Under the pieces are notes generated by a model. The model was not told where the DNA came from and made no database searches. It was given only the letters and a program-made list of their open reading frames with translations. Source: Eledone cirrhosa (Eukaryota). Taken from it: a stretch of 64,000 nucleotides of DNA. Position 1 is the stretch's first letter, and every line of letters begins with the position of its first letter. The stretch lies in the NCBI GenBank assembly GCA_964016885.1, contig OZ024741.1, forward strand, positions 244,218,001-244,282,000. The letters run 5' to 3'. Below, in pieces: positions 51,301-64,000 of this stretch. A program made the position numbers and the translations under genes.

Positions 51301-54300
51301 TTTCTTGAAAATCAAACCACACACAGCAAATGTGTGTCTGCACAGGTACCAGTAATTACAGATCGATCCGACCACGGGCGGCCGGCCCACGATCGAAAAG
51401 GTAACTCCGCCGGCAAATCCGCATTTTTGTGATTCGTTTCTTCGAAGCACACCATTCGCCGCCGGACTTCAGCTTCCTCATTTAGCATGGGCGGTTTTTC
51501 TTTAAAATCACACCACACACAGCAAATGTGTGTCTGCACATGTACCAGTACGTACAGATCGATCCGACCACGGGCGGCCGGCCCACATTCGAAAAGGTTA
51601 CTCCGCCTGCAAATCGTCATTTTCGGATTCGTTTTCTTCGAAGCACACCATTCGCCGGCGGACTTCAGCTGCCTCATTTAACATGGGCAGTTTTTCTTGA
51701 AGATCACACCACACACCGCCAATGAGTGTTTGCACATGTACCAGTAATTACAGATCGATTCGACCACGGGCGGCCGGCCCACGATCGAGAAAAAGGTAAC
51801 TCCGCCGGCAAATAGTCATTTTTGTGATTCGTTTTCTTCGAAGCACACCATTCGCCGCCGAACTTCAGCTTCCTCATTTAGCATGGGCAGCTTTTCTTGA
51901 AAATCACACCGCACACAGCCAATGAGTGTCTGCACATCTACCAGTAATTACAGATCGATCCGACCACGGGCGGCCGGCCCACAATCAAAAAGGTAACTCC
52001 GCCGGCAAATTCGCATTTTTGTGATTCGTTTCTTCGAAGCACACCATTCGCTGGTGGACTTCAGCTTCCACATTTAGCATGGGCAGCTTTTCTTGAAAAT
52101 CACACCACACACAGAAAATGTGTGTCTGCACAGGTACCAGTAATTACAGATTGATCTGACCACGGGCGGCCGGCCCACGATCGAAAAGGTAACTCCGCCG
52201 GCAAATCCGCATTTTTGTGATTCGTTTCTTCGAAGCACACCATTCGTCGCCGGACTTCAGCTTCCTCATTTAGCATGGGCAGCTTTTCTTGAAAATCACA
52301 CCACACACAGCAAATCTGTGTCTGCACATTTACCAGTAATTACAGATCGATCCGACCACGGGCGGCCGGCCCACGATCGAAAAGGTAACTCCGCCGGCAA
52401 ATCCGCATTTTTGTGATTCGTTTCTTCGAAGCACACCATTCGCCGCCGGACTTCAGCTTCCTAATTTAGCATGGGCGGTTTTTCTTGAAAATCACACCAC
52501 ACACAGAAAATGTGTGTCTGCACATGGAACAGTACGTACAGATCGATCCGACCACGGGCGGCCGGCCCACATTCGAAAAGGTTACTCCGTTTGCAAATCG
52601 TCATTTTCGGATTCGTTTTCTTCGAAGCACACCATTCGCCGGCGGACTTCAGCTGCCTCATTTAACATGGGCAGTTTTTCTTGAAGATCACACCACACAC
52701 AGCCAATGAGTGTTTGCACATGTACCAGTAATTACAGATCGATCCGCCCACGGGCGGCCGGCCCACGATCGAAAATGTAACTCCGCCGGCAAATTCGCAT
52801 TTTTGTGATTCGTTTCTTCGAAGCACACCATTCGCTGGTGGACATCAGCTTCCTTATTTAGCATAGGCAGCTTTTCTTGAAAATCAAACCACACACAGCA
52901 AATGTGTGTCTGCACAGGTACCAGTAATTACAGATCGATCCGACCACGGGCGGCCGGCCCACGATCGAAAAGGTAACTCCGCCGGCAAATCCGCATTTTT
53001 GTGATTCGTTTCTTCGAAGCACACCATTCGCCGCCGGACTTCAGCTTCCTCATTTAGCATGGGCGGTTTTTCTTTAAAATCACACCACACACAGCAAATG
53101 TGTGTCTGCACATGTACCAGTACGTACAGATCGATCCGACCACGGGCGGCCGGCCCACATTCGAAAAGGTTACTCCGCCTGCAAATCGTCATTTTCGGAT
53201 TCGTTTTCTTCGAAGCACACCATTCGCCGGCGGACTTCAGCTGCCTCATTTAACATGGGCAGTTTTTCTTGAAGATCACACCACACACCGCCAATGAGTG
53301 TTTGCACATGTACCAGTAATTACAGATCGATTCGACCACGGGCGGCCGGCCCACGATCGAGAAAAAGGTAACTCCGCCGGCAAATAGTCATTTTTGTGAT
53401 TCGTTTTCTTCGAAGCACACCATTCGCCGCCGAACTTCAGCTTCCTCATTTAGCATGGGCAGCTTTTCTTGAAAATCACACCGCACACAGCCAATGAGTG
53501 TCTGCACATCTACCAGTAATTACAGATCGATCCGACCACGGGCGGCCGGCCCACAATCAAAAAGGTAACTCCGCCGGCAAATTCGCATTTTTGTGATTCG
53601 TTTCTTCGAAGCACACCATTCGCTGGTGGACTTCAGCTTCCACATTTAGCATGGGCAGCTTTTCTTGAAAATCACACCACACACAGAAAATGTGTGTCTG
53701 CACAGGTACCAGTAATTACAGATTGATCTGACCACGGGCGGCCGGCCCACGATCGAAAAGGTAACTCCGCCGGCAAATCCGCATTTTTGTGATTCGTTTC
53801 TTCGAAGCACACCATTCGTCGCCGGACTTCAGCTTCCTCATTTAGCATGGGCAGCTTTTCTTGAAAATCACACCACACACAGCAAATCTGTGTCTGCACA
53901 TTTACCAGTAATTACAGATCGATCCGACCACGGGCGGCCGGCCCACGATCGAAAAGGTAACTCCGCCGGCAAATCCGCATTTTTGTGATTCGTTTCTTCG
54001 AAGCACACCATTCGCCGCCGGACTTCAGCTTCCTAATTTAGCATGGGCGGTTTTTCTTGAAAATCACACCACACACAGAAAATGTGTGTCTGCACATGGA
54101 ACAGTACGTACAGATCGATCCGACCACGGGCGGCCGGCCCACATTCGAAAAGGTTACTCCGTTTGCAAATCGTCATTTTCGGATTCGTTTTCTTCGAAGC
54201 ACACCATTCGCCGGCGGACTTCAGCTGCCTCATTTAACATGGGCAGTTTTTCTTGAAGATCACACCACACACAGCCAATGAGTGTTTGCACATGTACCAG

Positions 54301-54312
54301 TAATTACAGATC
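51169..54312 (+). repeat. Tandem duplication of a 1572-bp 8-mer (51169-52740, 52741-54312)
   Basis: gatccgccc start at 51169/52741; markers gcataggc, tctttaaa, gattcgacc, gccgaac, ttccacatt, gattgatctg, ccgtttgc recur at +1572 (7x196+200). Confidence 0.92.
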
Positions 54313-57300
54313 GATCCGACCGCGGGCGGCCGGCCCACGATCGAAAAAAAGGTAACTCCGCCGGCAAATAGTCATTTTTGTGATTCGTTTTCTTCGAAGC
54401 ACACCATTCGCCGCCGGACTTCAGCTGCCTCATTTAACATGGGCAGTTTTTCTTGAAGATCACACCACACACAGCAAATGTGTGTCTGCACAGGTACCAG
54501 TAATTACAGATCGATCCAACCACGGGCGGCCGGGCCACGATCGAAAAGGTAACTCCGCCGGCAAATCCGCATTTTTGTGATTCGTTTCTTCGAAGCACAC
54601 CATTCGTCGCCGGACTTCACCTTCCTCATTTAGCATGGGCAGCTTTTCTTGAAAATCACACCACACACAGCAAATGTGTGTCTGCACATTTACCAGTAAT
54701 TACAGATCGATCCGACCACGGGCGGCCGGCCCACGATCGAGAAAAAGGTAACTCCGCCGGCAAATAGTCATTTTTGTGATTCGTTTTCTTCGAAGCACAC
54801 CATTCGCCGCCGGACTTCAGCTTCCTCATTTAGCATGCGCAGCTTTTCTTGAAAATCACACCACACACAGAAAATGTGTCTCTGCACAGGTACCAGTAAT
54901 TACAGATCGATCCGACCACGGGCGGCCGGCCCACGATCGAAAAGGTAACTCCGCCGGCAAATCCGCATTTTTGTGATTCGTTTCTTCGAAGCACACCATT
55001 CGCCGCCGGACTTCAGCTTCCTCATTTAGCATGGGCAGCTTTTCTTGAAAATCACACCACACACAGCCAATGAGTGTCTGCACATCTACCAGTAATTACA
55101 GATCGATCCGACCACGGGCGGCCGGCCCACAATCGAAAAGGTAACTCCGCCGGCAAATTCGCATTTTTGTGATTCGTTTCTTCGAAGCACACCATTCGCT
55201 GGTGGACTTCAGCTTCCTCATTTAGCATGGGCAGCTTTTCTTGAAAATCACACCACACACAGATGATGTGTGTCTGCACAGGTACCAGTAATTACAGATC
55301 GATCCGACCACGGGCGGCCGCCCCACGATCGAAAAGGTAACTCCGCCGGCAAATCCGCATTTTTGTGATTCGTTTCTTCGAAGCACACCATTCGCCGCCG
55401 GACTTCAGCTTCCTCATTTAGCATGGGCAGCTTTTCTTGAAAATCACACCACACACAGCAAATCTGTGTCTGCACATTTACTAGTAATTACAGATCGATC
55501 CCACCACGGGCGGCCGGCCCACGATCGAAAAGGTAACTCCGCCGGCAAATCCGCATTTTTGTGATTCGTTTCTTCGAAGCACACCATTCGCCGCCGGACT
55601 TCAGCTTCCTCATTTAGCATGGGCAGCTTTTCTTGAAAATCACACCACACACAGCAAATCTGTGTCTGCACATTTACTAGTAATTACAGATCGATCCCAC
55701 CACGGGCGGCCGGCCCACGATCGAAAAGGTAACTCCGCCGGCAAATCCGCATTTTTGTGATTCGTTTCTTCGAAGCACACCATTCGCCGCCGGACTTCAG
55801 CTTCCTCATTTAGCATGGGCAGCTTTTCTTGAAAATCACACCACACACAGAAAATGTGTGTCTGCACATGGAACAGTACGTACAGATCGATCCGACCACG
55901 GGCGGCCGGCACACATTCGAAAAGGTTACTCCGTTTGCAAATCGTCATTTTCGGATTCGTTTTCTTCGAAGCACACCATTCGCCGGCGGACTTCAGCTGC
56001 CTCATTTAACATGGGCAGTTTTTCTTGAAGATCACACCACACACAGCCAATGAGTGTTTGCACATGTACCAGTAATTACAGATCGATCCGACCGCGGGCG
56101 GCCGGCCCACGATCGAAAAAAAGGTAACTCCGCCGGCAAATAGTCATTTTTGTGATTCGTTTTCTTCGAAGCACACCATTCGCCGCCGGACTTCAGCTGC
56201 CTCATTTAACATGGGCAGTTTTTCTTGAAGATCACACCACACACAGCAAATGTGTGTCTGCACAGGTACCAGTAATTACAGATCGATCCAACCACGGGCG
56301 GCCGGGCCACGATCGAAAAGGTAACTCCGCCGGCAAATCCGCATTTTTGTGATTCGTTTCTTCGAAGCACACCATTCGCCGGCGGACTTCAGCTTCCTCA
56401 TTTAGCATGGGCAGCTTTTCTTGAAAATCACACCACACACAGCAAATGTGTGTCTGCACATTTACCAGTAATTACAGATCGATCCGACCACGGGCGGCCG
56501 GCCCACGATCGAGAAAAAGGTAACTCCGCCGGCAAATAGTCATTTTTGTGATTCGTTTTCTTCGAAGCACACCATTCGCCGCCGGACTTCAGCTTCCTCA
56601 TTTAGCATGCGCAGCTTTTCTTGAAAATCACACCACACACAGAAAATGTGTGTCTGCACAGGTACCAGTAATTACAGATTGATCTGACCACGGGCGGCCG
56701 GCCCACGATCGAAAAGGTAACTCCGCCGGCAAATCCGCATTTTTGTGATTCGTTTCTTCGAAGCACACCATTCGTCGCCGGACTTCAGCTTCCTCATTTA
56801 GCATGGGCAGCTTTTCTTGAAAATCACACCACACACAGCAAATCTGTGTCTGCACATTTACCAGTAATTACAGATCGATCCGACCACGGGCGGCCGGCCC
56901 ACGATCGAAAAGGTAACTCCGCCGGCAAATCCGCATTTTTGTGATTCGTTTCTTCGAAGCACACCATTCGCCGCCGGACTTCAGCTTCCTAATTTAGCAT
57001 GGGCGGTTTTTCTTGAAAATCACACCACACACAGAAAATGTGTGTCTGCACATGGAACAGTACGTACAGATCGATCCGACCACGGGCGGCCGGCCCACAT
57101 TCGAAAAGGTTACTCCGTTTGCAAATCGTCATTTTCGGATTCGTTTTCTTCGAAGCACACCATTCGCCGGCGGACTTCAGCTGCCTCATTTAACATGGGC
57201 AGTTTTTCTTGAAGATCACACCACACACAGCCAATGAGTGTTTGCACATGTACCAGTAATTACAGATCGATCCGACCGCGGGCGGCCGGCCCACGATCGA

Positions 57301-58452
57301 AAAAAAGGTAACTCCGCCGGCAAATAGTCATTTTTGTGATTCGTTTTCTTCGAAGCACACCATTCGCCGCCGGACTTCAGCTGCCTCATTTAACATGGGC
57401 AGTTTTTCTTGAAGATCACACCACACACAGCAAATGTGTGTCTGCACAGGTACCAGTAATTACAGATCGATCCAACCACGGGCGGCCGGGCCACGATCGA
57501 AAAGGTAACTCCGCCGGCAAATCCGCATTTTTGTGATTCGTTTCTTCGAAGCACACCATTCGTCGCCGGACTTCACCTTCCTCATTTAGCATGGGCAGCT
57601 TTTCTTGAAAATCACACCACACACAGCAAATGTGTGTCTGCACATTTACCAGTAATTACAGATCGATCCGACCACGGGCGGCCGGCCCACGATCGAGAAA
57701 AAGGTAACTCCGCCGGCAAATAGTCATTTTTGTGATTCGTTTTCTTCGAAGCACACCATTCGCCGCCGGACTTCAGCTTCCTCATTTAGCATGCGCAGCT
57801 TTTCTTGAAAATCACACCACACACAGAAAATGTGTCTCTGCACAGGTACCAGTAATTACAGATCGATCCGACCACGGGCGGCCGGCCCACGATCGAAAAG
57901 GTAACTCCGCCGGCAAATCCGCATTTTTGTGATTCGTTTCTTCGAAGCACACCATTCGCTGGTGGACTTCAGCTTCCTCATTTAGCATGGGCAGCTTTTC
58001 TTGAAAATCACACCACACACAGATGATGTGTGTCTGCACAGGTAAGAGTAATTACAGATCGATCCGACCACGGGCGGCCGGCCCACGATCGAAAAGGTAA
58101 CTCCGCCGGCAAATCCGCATTTTTGTGATTCGTTTCTTCGAAGCACACCATTCGCCGCCGGACTTCAGCTTCCTCATTTAGCATGGGCAGCTTTTCTTAA
58201 AAATCACACCACACTCAGCAAATGTGTGTCTGCACATGTACCAGTAATTACAGATCGATCCGACCACGGGCGGCCTGCCCACGATCGAAAAGGTAACTCC
58301 GCCGGCAAATTCGCATTTTTGTGATTCGTTTCTTCGAAGCACACCATTCGCTGGTGGACTTCAGCTTCCTCATTTAACATGGGCAGCTTTTCTTGAAAAT
58401 CACACCACACTCAGCAAATGTGTGTCTGCACATGTACCAGTAATTACAGATC

Positions 58453-61400
58453 GATCCGCCCACGGGCGGCCGGCCCACGATCGAAAATGTAACTCCGCCG
58501 GCAAATTCGCATTTTTGTGATTCGTTTCTTCGAAGCACACCATTCGCTGGTGGACATCAGCTTCCTTATTTAGCATAGGCAGCTTTTCTTGAAAATCAAA
58601 CCACACACAGCAAATGTGTGTCTGCACAGGTACCAGTAATTACAGATCGATCCGACCACGGGCGGCCGGCCCACGATCGAAAAGGTAACTCCGCCGGCAA
58701 ATCCGCATTTTTGTGATTCGTTTCTTCGAAGCACACTATTCGCCGCCGGACTTCAGCTTCCTCATTTAGCATGGGCGGTTTTTCTTTAAAATCACACCAC
58801 ACACAGCAAATGTGTGTCTGCACATGTACCAGTACGTACAGATCGATCCGACCACGGGCGGCCGGCCCACATTCGAAAAGGTTACTCCGCCTGCAAATCG
58901 TCATTTTCGGATTCGTTTTCTTCGAAGCACACCATTCGCCGGCGGACTTCAGCTGCCTCATTTAACATGGGCAGTTTTTCTTGAAGATCACACCACACAC
59001 CGCCAATGAGTGTTTGCACATGTACCAGTAATTACAGATCGATTCGACCACGGGCGGCCGGCCCACGATCGAGAAAAAGGTAACTCCGCCGGCAAATAGT
59101 CATTTTTGTGATTCGTTTTCTTCGAAGCACACCATTCGCCGCCGAACTTCAGCTTCCTCATTTAGCATGGGCAGCTTTTCTTGAAAATCACACCGCACAC
59201 AGCCAATGAGTGTCTGCACATCTACCAGTAATTACAGATCGATCCGACCACGGGCGGCCGGCCCACAATCAAAAAGGTAACTCCGCCGGCAAATTCGCAT
59301 TTTTGTGATTCGTTTCTTCGAAGCACACCATTCGCTGGTGGACTTCAGCTTCCACATTTAGCATGGGCAGCTTTTCTTGAAAATCACACCACACACAGAA
59401 AATGTGTGTCTGCACAGGTACCAGTAATTACAGATTGATCTGACCACGGGCGGCCGGCCCACGATCGAAAAGGTAACTCCGCCGGCAAATCCGCATTTTT
59501 GTGATTCGTTTCTTCGAAGCACACCATTCGTCGCCGGACTTCAGCTTCCTCATTTAGCATGGGCAGCTTTTCTTGAAAATCACACCACACACAGCAAATC
59601 TGTGTCTGCACATTTACCAGTAATTACAGATCGATCCGACCACGGGCGGCCGGCCCACGATCGAAAAGGTAACTCCGCCGGCAAATCCGCATTTTTGTGA
59701 TTCGTTTCTTCGAAGCACACCATTCGCCGCCGGACTTCAGCTTCCTAATTTAGCATGGGCGGTTTTTCTTGAAAATCACACCACACACAGAAAATGTGTG
59801 TCTGCACATGGAACAGTACGTACAGATCGATCCGACCACGGGCGGCCGGCCCACATTCGAAAAGGTTACTCCGTTTGCAAATCGTCATTTTCGGATTCGT
59901 TTTCTTCGAAGCACACCATTCGCCGGCGGACTTCAGCTGCCTCATTTAACATGGGCAGTTTTTCTTGAAGATCACACCACACACAGCCAATGAGTGTTTG
60001 CACATGTACCAGTAATTACAGATCGATCCGCCCACGGGCGGCCGGCCCACGATCGAAAATGTAACTCCGCCGGCAAATTCGCATTTTTGTGATTCGTTTC
60101 TTCGAAGCACACCATTCGCTGGTGGACATCAGCTTCCTTATTTAGCATAGGCAGCTTTTCTTGAAAATCAAACCACACACAGCAAATGTGTGTCTGCACA
60201 GGTACCAGTAATTACAGATCGATCCGACCACGGGCGGCCGGCCCACGATCGAAAAGGTAACTCCGCCGGCAAATCCGCATTTTTGTGATTCGTTTCTTCG
60301 AAGCACACCATTCGCCGCCGGACTTCAGCTTCCTCATTTAGCATGGGCGGTTTTTCTTTAAAATCACACCACACACAGCAAATGTGTGTCTGCACATGTA
60401 CCAGTACGTACAGATCGATCCGACCACGGGCGGCCGGCCCACATTCGAAAAGGTTACTCCGCCTGCAAATCGTCATTTTCGGATTCGTTTTCTTCGAAGC
60501 ACACCATTCGCCGGCGGACTTCAGCTGCCTCATTTAACATGGGCAGTTTTTCTTGAAGATCACACCACACACCGCCAATGAGTGTTTGCACATGTACCAG
60601 TAATTACAGATCGATTCGACCACGGGCGGCCGGCCCACGATCGAGAAAAAGGTAACTCCGCCGGCAAATAGTCATTTTTGTGATTCGTTTTCTTCGAAGC
60701 ACACCATTCGCCGCCGAACTTCAGCTTCCTCATTTAGCATGGGCAGCTTTTCTTGAAAATCACACCGCACACAGCCAATGAGTGTCTGCACATCTACCAG
60801 TAATTACAGATCGATCCGACCACGGGCGGCCGGCCCACAATCAAAAAGGTAACTCCGCCGGCAAATTCGCATTTTTGTGATTCGTTTCTTCGAAGCACAC
60901 CATTCGCTGGTGGACTTCAGCTTCCACATTTAGCATGGGCAGCTTTTCTTGAAAATCACACCACACACAGAAAATGTGTGTCTGCACAGGTACCAGTAAT
61001 TACAGATTGATCTGACCACGGGCGGCCGGCCCACGATCGAAAAGGTAACTCCGCCGGCAAATCCGCATTTTTGTGATTCGTTTCTTCGAAGCACACCATT
61101 CGTCGCCGGACTTCAGCTTCCTCATTTAGCATGGGCAGCTTTTCTTGAAAATCACACCACACACAGCAAATCTGTGTCTGCACATTTACCAGTAATTACA
61201 GATCGATCCGACCACGGGCGGCCGGCCCACGATCGAAAAGGTAACTCCGCCGGCAAATCCGCATTTTTGTGATTCGTTTCTTCGAAGCACACCATTCGCC
61301 GCCGGACTTCAGCTTCCTAATTTAGCATGGGCGGTTTTTCTTAAAAATCACACCACACACAGAAAATGTGTGTCTGCACATGGAACAGTACGTACAGATC

Positions 61401-61596
61401 GATCCGACCACGGGCGGCCGGCCCACATTCGAAAAGGTTACTCCGTTTGCAAATCGTCATTTTCGGATTCGTTTTCTTCGAAGCACACCATTCGCCGGCG
61501 GACTTCAGCTGCCTCATTTAACATGGGCAGTTTTTCTTGAAGATCACACCACACACAGCCAATGAGTGTTTGCACATGTACCAGTAATTACAGATC
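58453..61596 (+). repeat. Second pair of the 1572-bp 8-mer (58453-60024, 60025-61596)
   Basis: Same marker order as 51169-54312, offset 7284. Confidence 0.92.
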
Positions 61597-64000
61597 GATC
61601 CGACCGCGGGCGGCCGGCCCACGATCGAAAAAAAGGTAACTCCGCCGGCAAATAGTCATTTTTGTGATTCGTTTTCTTCGAAGCACACCATTCGCCGCCG
61701 GACTTCAGCTGCCTCATTTAACATGGGCAGTTTTTCTTGAAGATCACACCACACACAGCAAATGTGTGTCTGCACAGGTACCAGTAATTACAGATCGATC
61801 CAACCACGGGCGGCCGGGCCACGATCAAAAAGGTAACTCCGCCGGCAAATCCGCATTTTTGTGATTCGTTTCTTCGAAGCACACCATTCGTCGCCGGACT
61901 TCACCTTCCTCATTTAGCATGGGCAGCTTTTCTTGAAAATCACACCACACACAGCAAATGTGTGTCTGCACATTTACCAGTAATTACAGATCGATCCGAC
62001 CACGGGCGGCCGGCCCACGATCGAGAAAAAGGTAACTCCGCCGGCAAATAGTCATTTTTGTGATTCGTTTTCTTCGAAGCACACCATTCGCCGCCGGACT
62101 TCAGCTTCCTCATTTAGCATGCGCAGCTTTTCTTGAAAATCACACCACACACAGAAAATGTGTCTCTGCACAGGTACCAGTAATTACAGATCGATCCGAC
62201 CACGGGCGGCCGGCCCACGATCGAAAAGGTAACTCCGCCGGCAAATCCGCATTTTTGTGATTCGTTTCTTCGAAGCACACCATTCGCCGCCGGACTTCAG
62301 CTTCCTCATTTAGCATGGGCAGCTTTTCTTGAAAATCACACCACACACAGCCAATGAGTGTCTGCACATCTACCAGTAATTACAGATCGATCCGACCACG
62401 GGCGGCCGGCCCACAATCGAAAAGGTAACTCCGCCGGCAAATTCGCATTTTTGTGATTCGTTTCTTCGAAGCACACCATTCGCTGGTGGACTTCAGCTTC
62501 CTCATTTAGCATGGGCAGCTTTTCTTGAAAATCACACCACACACAGATGATGTGTGTCTGCACAGGTACCAGTAATTACAGATCGATCCGACCACGGGCG
62601 GCCGCCCCACGATCGAAAAGGTAACTCCGCCGGCAAATCCGCATTTTTGTGATTCGTTTCTTCGAAGCACACCATTCGCCGCCGGACTTCAGCTTCCTCA
62701 TTTAGCATGGGCAGCTTTTCTTGAAAATCACACCACACACAGCAAATCTGTGTCTGCACATTTACTAGTAATTACAGATCGATCCCACCACGGGCGGCCG
62801 GCCCACGATCGAAAAGGTAACTCCGCCGGCAAATCCGCATTTTTGTGATTCGTTTCTTCGAAGCACACCATTCGCCGCCGGACTTCAGCTTCCTCATTTA
62901 GCATGGGCAGCTTTTCTTGAAAATCACACCACACACAGCAAATCTGTGTCTGCACATTTACTAGTAATTACAGATCGATCCCACCACGGGCGGCCGGCCC
63001 ACGATCGAAAAGGTAACTCCGCCGGCAAATCCGCATTTTTGTGATTCGTTTCTTCGAAGCACACCATTCGCCGCCGGACTTCAGCTTCCTCATTTAGCAT
63101 GGGCAGCTTTTCTTGAAAATCACACCACACACAGAAAATGTGTGTCTGCACAGGTACCAGTAATTACAGATTGATCTGACCACGGGCGGCCGGCCCACGA
63201 TCGAAAAGGTAACTCCGCCGGCAAATCCGCATTTTTGTGATTCGTTTCTTCGAAGCACACCATTCGTCGCCGGACTTCAGCTTCCTCATTTAGCATGGGC
63301 AGCTTTTCTTGAAAATCACACCACACACAGCAAATCTGTGTCTGCACATTTACCAGTAATTACAGATCGATCCGACCACGGGCGGCCGGCCCACGATCGA
63401 AAAGGTAACTCCGCCGGCAAATCCGCATTTTTGTGATTCGTTTCTTCGAAGCACACCATTCGCCGCCGGACTTCAGCTTCCTAATTTAGCATGGGCGGTT
63501 TTTCTTGAAAATCACACCACACACAGAAAATGTGTGTCTGCACATGGAACAGTACGTACAGATCGATCCGACCACGGGCGGCCGGCCCACATTCGAAAAG
63601 GTTACTCCGTTTGCAAATCGTCATTTTCGGATTCGTTTTCTTCGAAGCACACCATTCGCCGGCGGACTTCAGCTGCCTCATTTAACATGGGCAGTTTTTC
63701 TTGAAGATCACACCACACACAGCCAATGAGTGTTTGCACATGTACCAGTAATTACAGATCGATCCGACCGCGGGCGGCCGGCCCACGATCGAAAAAAAGG
63801 TAACTCCGCCGGCAAATAGTCATTTTTGTGATTCGTTTTCTTCGAAGCACACCATTCGCCGCCGGACTTCAGCTGCCTCATTTAACATGGGCAGTTTTTC
63901 TTGAAGATCACACCACACACAGCAAATGTGTGTCTGCACAGGTACCAGTAATTACAGATCGATCCAACCACGGGCGGCCGGGCCACGATCGAAAAGGTAA

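Larger units (their letters stand above)
51060..63150 (+). repeat. ~4.8-kb block (~51060-55865) repeated at +7284 bp (~58345-63150), a 37-monomer offset
   Basis: ORF pairs 51312/58596, 54380/61664, 55248/62532, 55640/62924; GCGGCCGC variant at 55314 and 62598; 29x196+8x200=7284. Confidence 0.9.
1..64000 (+). repeat. Tandem satellite DNA array, 196-bp monomer (variants of 197, 199, 200, 201 bp), ~325 copies in one orientation; family not recognised
   Basis: The GATCCG-type monomer start recurs at 1, 201, 397, 593 ... 63961. Consensus A monomer: gatccgaccacgggcggccggcccacgatcgaaaaggtaactccgccggcaaatccgcatttttgtgattcgtttcttcgaagcacaccattcgccgccggacttcagcttcctcatttagcatgggcagcttttcttgaaaatcacaccacacacagcaaatgtgtgtctgcacatttaccagtaattacagatc (196 nt, 99 G+C by hand count). 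The ORF track repeats at 196/200 steps. Strand is only the reading convention. Confidence 0.99.

Noticed and set aside
68-63729. Hundreds of 62-131 aa ORFs (MQTHICCVWCDFQEKLPML..., MIRFLRSTPF..., MKITPH...)
   Set aside because: The monomer lengths 196 and 200 are not multiples of 3, so the frame shifts every copy. ORFs overlap on both strands, many use alternative starts, stops appear freely in variants, and I recognise no domain. They are repeat artefacts.
1-64000. CRISPR array, or a cassette or diversity-generating array
   Set aside because: There are no unique spacers: the whole unit is repeated with only point variants. No cas, integrase or reverse transcriptase gene is in the window.

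Overview
The whole 64 kb window is one uninterrupted head-to-tail tandem array (satellite DNA) of a 196-bp monomer, about 325 copies at ~50% GC. Both ends are cut by the window. I saw no unique sequence, transposon insertion, inversion, RNA gene or credible protein-coding gene; every listed ORF is a by-product of the repeat. I do not recognise the satellite family or the organism, but the architecture is typical of eukaryotic (peri)centromeric or heterochromatic satellites. The structure worth attention is internal. (1) There are at least three diagnostic monomer classes: A (196 bp), B (200 bp) and C (196 bp with compensating indels), with a strong C->B order. (2) Higher-order repeats are irregular and nested, with offsets of 7, 8, 12, 13, 14, 15, 35 and 37 monomers. 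(3) The array looks layered: a homogeneous 24-45 kb block sits between flanks that share rare markers. (4) The monomer has a CpG-rich half, a CpG-free half, dense dyad symmetry and an internal ~50-60 bp sub-duplication. (5) Variants are dominated by C->T/G->A changes, suggesting cytosine methylation. All comparisons were made by eye; there is no evidence here for a protein-based novel system.
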